From the human T2T-CHM13v2.0 reference genome, Homo sapiens, in assembly GCF_009914755.1 (NCBI RefSeq), contig NC_060936.1: 64,000 bases of DNA; one strand, written 5' to 3'. A program made the position numbers and the translations under genes. The stretch's first letter is position 1; every line of letters starts with the position of its first letter. The notes under the pieces were generated by a model. That model had not been told where the DNA came from, ran no database searches, and was given only the letters and a program-made list of their open reading frames with translations. Positions 53,357-64,000 of this stretch are shown in pieces.

Positions 53357-54454
53357 CCAATAGCTGCTAATTATTTTTTTAATCAATTAAACATGTATCT
53401 CTGTTGAAAGTATAAAATTCCTTTTTGGATTAGTTTTGAAAGGAAAAAAAAACCTAAACCTAAACCTCAATTAAGCCTTTACATCTAAATAGCAACAACA
53501 GGATATCAATATGACAAGGATGCAATCAAGCAAGGCATTATTGCACTTTTCCCTCCATGAATAATGATAGAATTTCCTGCTTATTAATTGAGCTGTTATA
53601 ATGAAAACATAACATCATTTTTATAATAGCCAGAAAAGTGATCAACAAAAATTAAGTGATTAAGGGTAACACTCCCTATGATATGGAAACATATCTGCCA
53701 AAATGTTCCTTTATTAAATGCTCCTTTATAAGAGTAAAATACATCTTAAGTATATACTATTTTTGATTTCTAAATTATACCCCAATAAAGCTGGAAAAGA
53801 AAAAATAAAACATTATTTGATTGTATAAATTTATTGTATTTTTATACATTAAATACATATTTCATAATTTTATTAAAACATAATGCTTATTTTGTGTTAA
53901 TCTGTATTATATAATATGCACTATTAGTTTAAATAAATTATATGTTAAATAAATGGCTTATCTGATTACACTTTTTTTTGCCAAAATATTTGGGAAACAT
54001 AAAAAGAACACTAAAGAGAATAATTAGTTATAATTCACAAACCAGAATTTCACATAAATAAAATCATATTTTGTGGGTCTTTTTATTAGAATGTTGAAGG
54101 GATAACAGATGTAAAGGCCAAGATAAACAATAAGATGGACAAATTGACACTGCAATTAAATATTGCAATTTATAATGATAATTGAATTAGTTAACCTGAT
54201 AGCATTTTTAAAAAACTTGTGAGCACAATACTTGCATTATGATAGTTATTCTTTACTTAGCATTATGAAATAACCTTTTGCTTCTTGATGCCCTAACACT
54301 TAACAAAGCCTAAGTATAAAAAACAAAAATGGGATATGTAGAAAACTTTTTTAATCTCAAAAAGATGCTTAAATATCAATTAGATTGAGCTTTAGTTTTG
54401 TAAGAAAATAGATGTCATAGCTATTTTTATTACTTATGAAATATTAAGTATGCA

Positions 54455-54745
54455 TAATATATTAATTGCAGTTAATGGAAGTAAATATTCCACAGAAGAC
54501 AATATTTGAGGTCCTCTGTGGGCTAAAAGATGAACCTAACTGCTCTCAAGGGAGATCGACTACAGATAAGAGTTAGGAGGCTACTGAGAAATCCAAAGGC
54601 GACTTCCAGAAATCTTTCATGGTCTATAATACAGCAGAGATGTGGCCTGGACTTTGCTTTGTTCCCAGGAGATCAAATCTTTTGAGGTCAAAACAAAGAA
54701 ACTTGAAATATTGTAGATATAAGTATGACCAGGGGGAACCCAGAT
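54455..54745 (+). promoter_or_regulatory. Candidate OR6C3 promoter with clustered O/E-like sites
   Basis: attaattg/ttaatgg (~54461-54478), ctctcaagggag (54543-54554), ttcccaggaga (54662-54672); locally higher GC in apparently non-repeat DNA. Confidence 0.5.
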
Positions 54746-56260
54746 ACCAGAATCTAACTCATAATATCCAATGTGTCATATATTTACCTATTTTCTCTTT
54801 AAATTTTTTTTTAACTTCTAGCTCAACATTATTGAAGAGGAATAAATTTTTTTTGAACTTCTAGTTCAACATTATTGAAGAGGAATATAATGTATTTCCA
54901 CATCTTCCAAAGGTTTCTGGCATTCCATTTTTATTTCCTGAAATATATCCCTTAAACCATTATAAAATAGAGAAAAACATAAAATAAAATTTGATTAGTG
55001 TGAACTTTGGTAGTGTCCAGAAGAGAAGCAATAATTTTACATTCTATCCATCATAGCAGAAATTTGACAATCTAAAATATGGAGGAGACAACTATCAGGA
55101 TTTTAGCAGACAACATCTATAGAATAGAACATCCAGCAGTTCTTGAATAGCTGAAAATTAACTGACTAGGTTAGAATGAATGTGAGAGGGTTTCCTATAC
55201 AATTCTGGATATCCTTATGAATGAATGGTTGCATAAGGAAGAATGGTCTTATGTGGGACAAAATTTACTAGGAAATAAAACTTTTTCCGTAAAGCTCTGA
55301 AAGGAAGATGTTCAAATGGAAGATGCACTAAGCTATAATCCAAGTGAGAGAGTTGCTGAGATCTAAGGCAAGTAGTTACTTTTCCAATTTATGCTTCAGA
55401 GCAAAATGAAAAATAGATAAATATCACATGTTCCCTTAAGCTCAAAATTAAAATGTCTGTATGTAGAATATATATACACATTTCTTGTGAGTCATAGAAG
55501 ACATCAAACATTAAAGATTTTGATGGAATTATAAGACAAACCAATAAGTAAGCGAACATGTTCCCTATTTGTTGAGTAAAATAATTACATTATTTACTCT
55601 ATCTTATAGTAAATATACATCATATATAAGATGTTCTATTATCTTGACAATTAGACCAAAATATTAATATTAAAAATAAAATGAATAAATAAAATAACAT
55701 TATTTTAATATAAATATATGTTTTATTTGCTAAAAATCTTTAATTGGTTTCTCATATCATAAAAAGAATAATGGGTTATTAACAATCTTCTAATTTTCAC
55801 TTTTATCTTTTGATGAAGTTAAGAGCACCCATTTTATGTTTAGGTGGTAATATCCTTTAATGTATACATGATGAAAAAAAGAAAAATGTATGTTTCATGT
55901 GATTGTTTCAACAAAAAAGATAATGATATTTTGCATTAATGGGACACAAAGCAGGTATTATACATTTTATTAGCTGTTTCTCAGTGATGTGGCTTATTGT
56001 CTGAAGATATCCTAATTTCTGTTAGATTTAAAGTAAGAGAACTAGTAAATAGGCTGGACTTAGAAAAAAATATTAAAACATAATGCAAACAAGATAGTCA
56101 AAACTGTCAGACTGTAGAAGATTTTTAGAATTGTATTGATAATTATATGGATCATGATGAATTATATCTTTTATCTATTTTCCTTAATTATCATTCTACC
56201 AAAATATCTTTAAAAGAACAAAAAGGAGAGTGGAAGAAGGAGAGAGAGAAAGGACGAGAC

Positions 56261-57196
56261 ATGAACCACACAATGGTCACAGAGTTTGTCCTCCTGGGCC
56301 TTTCTGATGATCCTGACCTTCAGATTGTGATTTTTCTCTTTTTATTTATCACGTATATATTAAGTGTTACTGGAAACCTGACTATCATCACCCTAACCTT
56401 TGTGGACTCCCATCTGCAGACACCTATGTATTTCTTCCTCCGGAACTTCTCTTTCTTAGAAATCTCATTTACAACCGTATGCATCCCCAGATTTCTGGGG
56501 GCAATTATCACCAGGAATAAGACTATTTCCTATAACAACTGTGCAGCCCAACTCTTTTTCTTTATCTTCATGGGGGTGACTGAATTTTACATTTTAACTG
56601 CCATGTCCTATGACCGCTATGTTGCCATCTGCAAGCCCCTTCATTACACATCCATCATGAACAGGAAACTCTGCACTCTACTTGTGCTGTGTGCCTGGCT
56701 AAGTGGGTTTCTGACCATTTTCCCACCCCTTATGCTTCTCCTCCAGCTGGATTACTGTGCTTCCAACGTCATTGATCACTTTGCATGTGACTATTTTCCC
56801 CTCTTACAACTATCTTGTTCAGATACATGGCTCCTAGAAGTAATTGGTTTTTACTTTGCTTTGGTTACTTTGCTGTTCACTTTGGCATTAGTGATTTTAT
56901 CTTACATGTACATTATCAGGACCATTTTGAGAATCCCGTCTGCCAGTCAAAGAAAAAAGGCTTTCTCCACTTGTTCTTCTCACATGATTGTCATTTCCAT
57001 TTCTTATGGAAGCTGTATATTCATGTATGCTAATCCATCTGCAAAAGAAAAGGCATCATTGACAAAAGGAATAGCTATTCTCAATACATCTGTTGCCCCC
57101 ATGCTGAACCCCTTCATTTACACTCTGAGAAACCAGCAAGTAAAACAAGCCTTCAAAAATGTGGTCCACAAAGTTGTGTTTTATGCAAATCAATGA
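56261..57196 (+). CDS. OR6C3: Olfactory receptor 6C3, 311 aa (ORF is open 38 codons further upstream, to 56147)
   Basis: MNHTMVTEF start with NHT glycosylation site; all OR motifs intact; protein recognised. Confidence 0.95.
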   Translation: MNHTMVTEFVLLGLSDDPDLQIVIFLFLFITYILSVTGNLTIITLTFVDSHLQTPMYFFLRNFSFLEISFTTVCIPRFLGAIITRNKTISYNNCAAQLFFFIFMGVTEFYILTAMSYDRYVAICKPLHYTSIMNRKLCTLLVLCAWLSGFLTIFPPLMLLLQLDYCASNVIDHFACDYFPLLQLSCSDTWLLEVIGFYFALVTLLFTLALVILSYMYIIRTILRIPSASQRKKAFSTCSSHMIVISISYGSCIFMYANPSAKEKASLTKGIAILNTSVAPMLNPFIYTLRNQQVKQAFKNVVHKVVFYANQ

Positions 57197-57990
57197 ATTT
57201 TTGGTCAAAAATAAAGAGCACTTTAAAAAAACAATTAAGCAAAATTTTGAAATTTCTCAATATCTCTGTAAGTATCCTTGCTCTCCTAGTTTCTTTATAT
57301 GCTATGTTATAGTTAATTTTATATTTTCCCAGTCCATTTCTTCCACTTCTATACAAGTTTCTCCACTGCATTGTTTATTGACCTACTTAAAAATAAAGTA
57401 AAATTTATTTTCCTTACAAAATTGTCTGGAATTATATACATTTATTTAAAACTCAACTTGTGTATGATTTTATAGTAAAGTAATTTTACTAAAGTAATTT
57501 TAATTCTGTGTATGAGTTCCTTAAAGGCACATATGTCATCATGTTGTACTTCAAATGTAGTTTCAAACTTTAATTCTTCTGTATTTTCAAGATAAATATT
57601 GATAATGTCATAACACTTTTAGACTCTACATGTTCTTTTTCATGTTCATTAAATTCAGTCCCTAGAGGTACTATGCTCTATTGCATTGTACTTTAAATGT
57701 AGAGCTTTACTTCATGAAATTTAGTGCATGCCATTTTTATTTTCTTTATAAATTAAGTTCCTTATTTAAAATACAAGAATAAATTTTAAAAACACAGTAA
57801 TTTTTAAAATTATATGAATATCAATTCAATTATTAATCATTAGGCTTGAGGTATAAGTCACTGATTAATGGCTGGACTATCGGAGAATTCCACCTTCAAA
57901 TGTTAATTTTACTCTCATGTTCTCCCGAATGATGTTGATAAAAAAACTTTAGGTCTAGCACACTTTATCTGTAAATTTGTATACTGCTAT

Positions 57991-58959
57991 TGTGGGGAAA
58001 AGCAAGAGAGATCAGATTGTTACTGTGTCTGTGTAGAAAGAAGTAGACATAGGAGACTCCATTTTGTTATGTACTAAGAAAAATTCTTCTGTCTTGAGAT
58101 TCTGTTAATCTATAACCTTACCCCCAACCCCGTGCTCTCTGAAACGTGTGCTGTGTCAACTCAGAGTTAAATGGATTAAGGGCGGTGCAAGATGTGCTTT
58201 GTTAAACAGATGCTTGAAGGCAGCATGCTCTTTAAGAGTCATCACCACTCCCTAATCTCAAGTACCCAGGGACACAAAAACTGCGGAAGGCCGCAGGGAC
58301 CTCTGCCTAGGAAAGCCAGGTATTGTCCAAGGTTTCTCCCCATGTGATAGTCTAAAATATGGCCTCGTGGGAAGGGAAAGACCTGACCGTCCCCCAGCCC
58401 GACACCCGTAAAGGGTCTGTGCTGAGGAGGATTAGTAAAAGAGAAAGGAATGCCTCTTGCAGTTGAGACAAGAGGAAGGCATCTGTCTCCTGCCTGTCCC
58501 TGGGCAATGGAATGTCTCGGTATAAAACCCGATTGTATGCTCCATCTACTGAGATAGGGAAAAACCGCCTTAGGGCTGGAGGTGGGACCTGCGGGCAGCA
58601 ATACTGCTTTGTAAAGCACTGAGATGTTTATGTGTATGCATATCTAAAAGCACAGCACTTAATCCTTGACATTGTCTATGATGCCAAGACCTTTGTTCAC
58701 GTGTTTGTCTGCTGACCCTCTCCCCACAATTGTCTTGTGACCCTGACACATCCCCCTCTTCGAGAAACACCCACAAATGATGAATAAATACTAAGGGAAC
58801 TCAGAGGCTGGCGGGATCCTCCATTATGCTGAACGCTGGTTCCCCGGGTCCCCTTATTTCTTTCTCTATACTTTGTCTCTGTGTCTTTTTCTTTTCCAAA
58901 TCTCTCGTCCCACCTTACGAGAAACACCCACAGGTGTGTAGGGACAACCCACCCCTACA
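57991..58959 (+). mobile_element. HERV-K (HML-2) solo LTR, LTR5_Hs type, 969 bp
   Basis: tgtggggaaaagcaagagagatcagattg start, tataaaa, aataaa, acccctaca end; 5-bp TSD gctat at 57986-57990 and 58960-58964. Confidence 0.96.
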
Positions 58960-60645
58960 GCTATAACTTACAAAGTAAAATGTAAAAAAAAATTTCAAAT
59001 ATTTGTAAAATAATGAAAGCTTCAATTTTATAGATTTTAATATATTTCACATAATTTTTAGTCTTTTATGTCTCAACTATTTGCTGGTAAGATCTGGAAA
59101 CCAAAGTCTTCCAATATGAGCAATTAACATGGAGACATCTCTGAGGAACTTAATCTTTAGGAATTTGTGATACTTTAAAAGTTAACCTGTGCCTATATTT
59201 GAAATAATTTTAAGGATCTTTCACATGTGCCTTTTATTTGTTTATTCACTTATTTATTTATAAATGTATCTACTAAAGAAATGATTCAGTGATTGAAAAG
59301 ATTTGTTCTTGCTCTCACACAGATCTAGTAAGAGAGAAAAACATAAGCAAATGGATGACCACAATGCAATTTTATGTGTTGTATCTCTATGAAGAATATA
59401 TTGTATAGATATGTACATTCTCTATGAAGAATATATTGTATAGATATGTACATGTACAATCTATACATATTGTATAGATATCTAAATGATAATAGACTTA
59501 CAACATTGATAATATTAATAATTTGAAAAGATATACTGATAAGGAAGTTAGAATAATTGTTATTTTTTTTCTTCTGTCAGGATAGCCATGAAGAAGATAA
59601 CAGGTAAAGAAAAAAATACAATATCAGAAAGCCTCTGATAAATAGACATACCACTCAGATCTAACAGTTAGTACTTACAATGTCAGACATATTACTAAGT
59701 GCATAAACTTAATTATTTCTTTGCACTCTTATGACATATATAGTCATATTTTTTCAGTTGCTAAATGACTTGATCAATGTTGTCACATAAATGATATGAA
59801 TAGATTTTATTCTTTTAAACTCTCCTGGCTTATCCAAACAAAAGCTGTAATTCTGATCAACTTCATTACATTAAAATATTTTTATAAGTATAATATTTGG
59901 TCTGTGCAACTCTAGCAAAAAGAAAAAATAGTGTTCATATATGTAAATTTTGGTTCCATCAAAATATTAGATTTTAATTTTGTGGCTTTTTATCTATAAT
60001 TACCCAACAAAGTATAAGCAATGAGAAACACGTTTCTCTTTGGTTAAATGAGTTGAGGACCATTTGTGGAATTTTTGAGTTATGATGCTTGACCTTCAAT
60101 TTGCCAACAGTAAGAACTTAAGAAAATTAGACATGCTAGCTTTTTGAAGCTAATACTTCAGTTTTGATATTATTTTCTAATTGTGAGATCAATTACAAAA
60201 TACATGGAAACTTTTTTTACTAAGAAACGTTATTCAAATGCAACATTAGTATGCGCAGAGGCTATGAGATGAAAGTCTTAGATTTTGTTGCAAGTCCATG
60301 GTTTTGTTTGGCTGTCGGGAAGGTGGAACTGCCTCCCTAACAGGTAGAGACAGTACTCTTTGCAAGCAGTCATCAATCAAGTTGCCTATGAAATCTTTGG
60401 ATAAAATAAATATTAACAGTAAGGAGAACAGTGCTAATTAAGTTCATGTTGAAACAATGTGTCTTCATTCCCATTTATTTGGGTATAGACCAAGGTAATT
60501 TGCTACTCAATAAGGAATCGAGACTAGATGGATTCACTGGGAAAATGATGCTTTCACTCTCATCGTGTGGGTGTTTTACCCTAACATGCTGAGTTACTCC
60601 TGTAATAAGAACTTTGGCTATCAGGAAAAACTCTTGTCTCCTTGA

Positions 60646-61036
<391 letters not shown>

Positions 61037-62315
61037 ACTGTGCTGCTGGATTTGGTTTGCCAATATTTTGCTGATGATTTTTGCATTTATGTACACCAAG
61101 GATATTGGCCAGAAGTTTTCTTTTTTAGTTGTGTCTCTGCCAGGTTTTAGTATCAGGATGATGCTGGCCTCATAGAAGGAGTTAGGGAGAAGTGCCCCTT
61201 CCTAAATTTTTTAGAATAGTTTCAGGAGGAATGGTACCAGCTCTTCCTTGTACATCTGGGAGAATTCAGCTGTGAATCTCTCTGGTCCTGGGCTTTTTTC
61301 ATTGGTAGGCTATTTGTTACTCAATTTCAGAGCTTGTTATTGGTAAGTTCAAGGATTCAATTTTTTCCTGATCCAGTCTTGGGATGGTATATGTGTCCAG
61401 GAATTCATCCATTTCTTCCAGATTTTATAGTTTATGTGCATAGAGGTATTTATAATATTTTCTGATGGTTTGTATTTCTGTGGGGTCAGTGGTAATATCC
61501 CCCTTGTCATTTCTCACTGTGTTTTTTGAATCCTTTCTTTTCTTCTTTATTAGTCTAACTAGTGGTCTATTTTATTAATTTTCTCATAAAACCATATCCT
61601 GGATTGTTAATCTTTTGAGTGGTTTTTCATGTCTCAATCTCCTTCAGTTCAGGTCTGATTTGGGTTATTTCTTGTCTTCTGCCACCTTTGGAATCTGTTT
61701 GCTCTTCGTTCTCTACTTATTTTAGTTGTGATGTTAGGTTGTTAATTTGAAATCTTCTAATTTTTGACTTGGACCTTTAGTGCTATAAATTTTCCCATTA
61801 ACACTGTTGTATCTGTGTTCTCATTAGTTTCACAGAACTTCTTGATTTCTGCCTTAACTTCATTTTTTATCCACATGTCATTCAGAAGCAGGTTATTGAA
61901 TTTCCATGTAATTGTATGGTTTTGAGTGAATTTCTTAGTCCTGATTTCTAATTTGATTGCACTGTAGTCTGAGAGTTTGTTATGATTTCAGTTATTTCGC
62001 ATTTGCTGAGGAGCGTTTTATGTCTGTAGTTGATTTTACAAGTGATTTATTTTAGAGTATTTGCCATGTGGCAGTGAGAAGAATGTATATTCTGCTGTTT
62101 TGGGGCAGAGAGTACTGTAGATATATATCAGGTCCATTTGATCCAGTGTTGAGTTCAGGTTCTGAATATCTTTGTTAATTTTTTGTCTTTATGATCTATC
62201 TAATATTGTCAGTGGTATGTTAAAGTCTCCCACTCTTACCGCATGGGAGTCTAACTCTCTTTGAAAGTCTCTAAAAACTTGTTCTATGAATCTACATGCT
62301 TCTGTGTTGAGAGCA
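61037..62315 (-). mobile_element. L1P ORF2 (endonuclease-to-RT) fragment
   Basis: Antisense [16 protein letters not shown]; aagtctcccact (GDFN motif). Confidence 0.88.
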
Positions 62316-62399
62316 CCAGTATTAATCCTTCTGCCATTTGCTTTAGTTTCAGTGTTCATATCACAGAGAAGTTCATGTCATAAAAGAAGTCAAAAGAAT

Positions 62400-62603
62400 T
62401 CTTGAATAATCAGAACCTTTCTGCCAGATTGTCTAGTGTAAATTTGTTTTCTGGCACTGCTTCTTCTGTATCTTCTTCCTTATCATCTGGCTCTGGTTTG
62501 GGAGCACTTATCTCCATTGAGTTATCTCCTGTTTTCTCTTTTAGTGGTGTCTATTAGCTCTTGAAGTTCTCCAAGATGCATATCTTGAAATCCTTCATCG
62601 CCT

Positions 62604-62639
<36 letters not shown>

Positions 62640-63782
62640 CATATCCACAATCTCTTCCATGATTTTCTTGATTGTTTCTGTCTTAAATCCTGTGAAGTCA
62701 TGCACAACATCTGGACACAGCTTTCTCCAGCACGAATTTATTGTTTTCGGCTTGATGGCTTTCACAGCTTTTTCTGTAACAATGATGGCATCTTAAGTGG
62801 TGTGATCTTTTCAGACTTTAATGATGTTCTCTCAGAATTCTATAGTATTGACAATCCTTTCCATAGAGTACCATGAATAATGAGCCTTAAAGGTCCTTAT
62901 GACCCCTAACCTAAAGGCTGAATTGGGGATTTGTGTTTGGGGGCAAGTAGATTACTTTGGTGCCTTCTGCATTGAACTCATGGGGCTTGGGGGGCCAAGG
63001 GTATTGTCCAATATCAAAAGAACTATAAAATGCAGTCTCTTACTGGCAAGGTACCTCCTGACTTCAGAGATGAAGCACTATGAAACCAATCTAGAAAAAG
63101 AGTTCTCGTTCACTCCTTCTGGTTGTACAACCAAAACTGGCAGGTGGTGTTTATTTTTTCTTTCAAGGATCAGGGATTGGAGGCTTTATAAACAAGAGCG
63201 GTTCTGATCATAAATCCAACTGGATTTGCACAAAAATTAGAGTTAGTCTTCCCTTCTTGCCTTAAATCCTGGTGCTCATTTCTCTTCCTAATAAGTGCCC
63301 TTTGTGAAAAATTTTTTCTGGAATAGTGCACTTTTGTCTGCATTAAAAAAACTGTAGGGGCAAATGTCCTTTCTCCTCAATGATTTCCTTAATAGTACTT
63401 GGGAATTTGTCTATGGCCTCCTGATCAGCAGAAACTGCTTATTCGGTTAATCTCCTTATTTCGTTTTTTACAATGGTCCTTACACTGGATTATTTATTTT
63501 GAAATAGTGGGCCACCACAGCTGCAGACTTCAATCTCTGGTACATATTAAGCAATTCAAGTTTTTCTTGCAATGTCATGATTTTTTTCTACCTTTTGGGG
63601 GCACTTCCACCGTCACTAGTGACACTTCACATGGGTGTCATATTTCTAGGCTACGTAGTTTATCTGCAAGTTTTTTTAAATTGTTGCAAATCTCCAAAAG
63701 TTTTCCCAATACAGTTATTGAAAAAAGTTCATATAGAAGGAGACCTGTGCAAGTAAAACACATGTTGTTCAAGGATCAACCA
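62400..63782 (-). mobile_element. Tigger2 DNA transposon remnant (5' TIR and degenerate transposase)
   Basis: tgttgttcaaggatcaac plus TA is the reverse complement of the Tigger2 TIR; antisense GDEGFQDM.LGELQELIDT transposase-like peptide. Confidence 0.82.
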
Positions 63783-64000
63783 TACTAGAAAATTATGTAT
63801 AATTTATTTTTACTTTATATTTAAAATTTTCCTCACAATAAGGGGCTCCATGAAATTTTATTTTCATTTAAAAAATAAAAAAACTAAAATTCAGAGATAT
63901 TAAATAATTTGTTCAAAGTCACAATATTGTATATAGCTAAATTACATTTCTAATCCAAAACCCATAGGTTGCTCCATTAGTCCCACAAGTTATAAATTAA

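Noticed and set aside
58242-58927. Minus-strand ORFs of 68-125 aa
   Set aside because: They lie wholly inside the LTR5_Hs solo LTR; no gag, pol or env is present.
62606-62637. Long poly-T run as a possible retroposed tail
   Set aside because: No TSD or attached element; Tigger2 sequence continues on both sides, consistent with homopolymer expansion.

Overview
AT-rich, repeat-dense primate (almost certainly human chr12q13.2) DNA from the OR6C olfactory receptor cluster. It holds three intact single-exon OR coding regions (OR6C6 on -, OR6C1 and OR6C3 on +) and two frameshifted OR6C pseudogenes (probably OR6C72P and OR6C5P). Between them lie Alus, L1s of several ages, solo LTRs (HERV-K LTR5_Hs, HERV-W LTR17, LTR8, a MER50-like LTR, THE1) and DNA-transposon relics (MER30, Tigger3a, Tigger2). 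Nearly all other ORFs in the track are repeat-derived or chance. I see no evidence for a wholly new gene system. The most notable structures are: (1) an Alu just after the OR6C6 stop whose TSD also encloses an inverted, internally deleted copy of nearby target DNA; (2) an inverted paralogous promoter/exon-1 block shared by OR6C6 and the upstream pseudogene; (3) a young LTR5_Hs beside OR6C3 that I recall as the insertionally polymorphic 12q13.2 HML-2 locus; (4) three twin-priming L1 inversions; (5) several template-switch palindromes and duplications. Repeat subfamily names, pseudogene symbols and regulatory calls come from recognition by eye, not from a database search.
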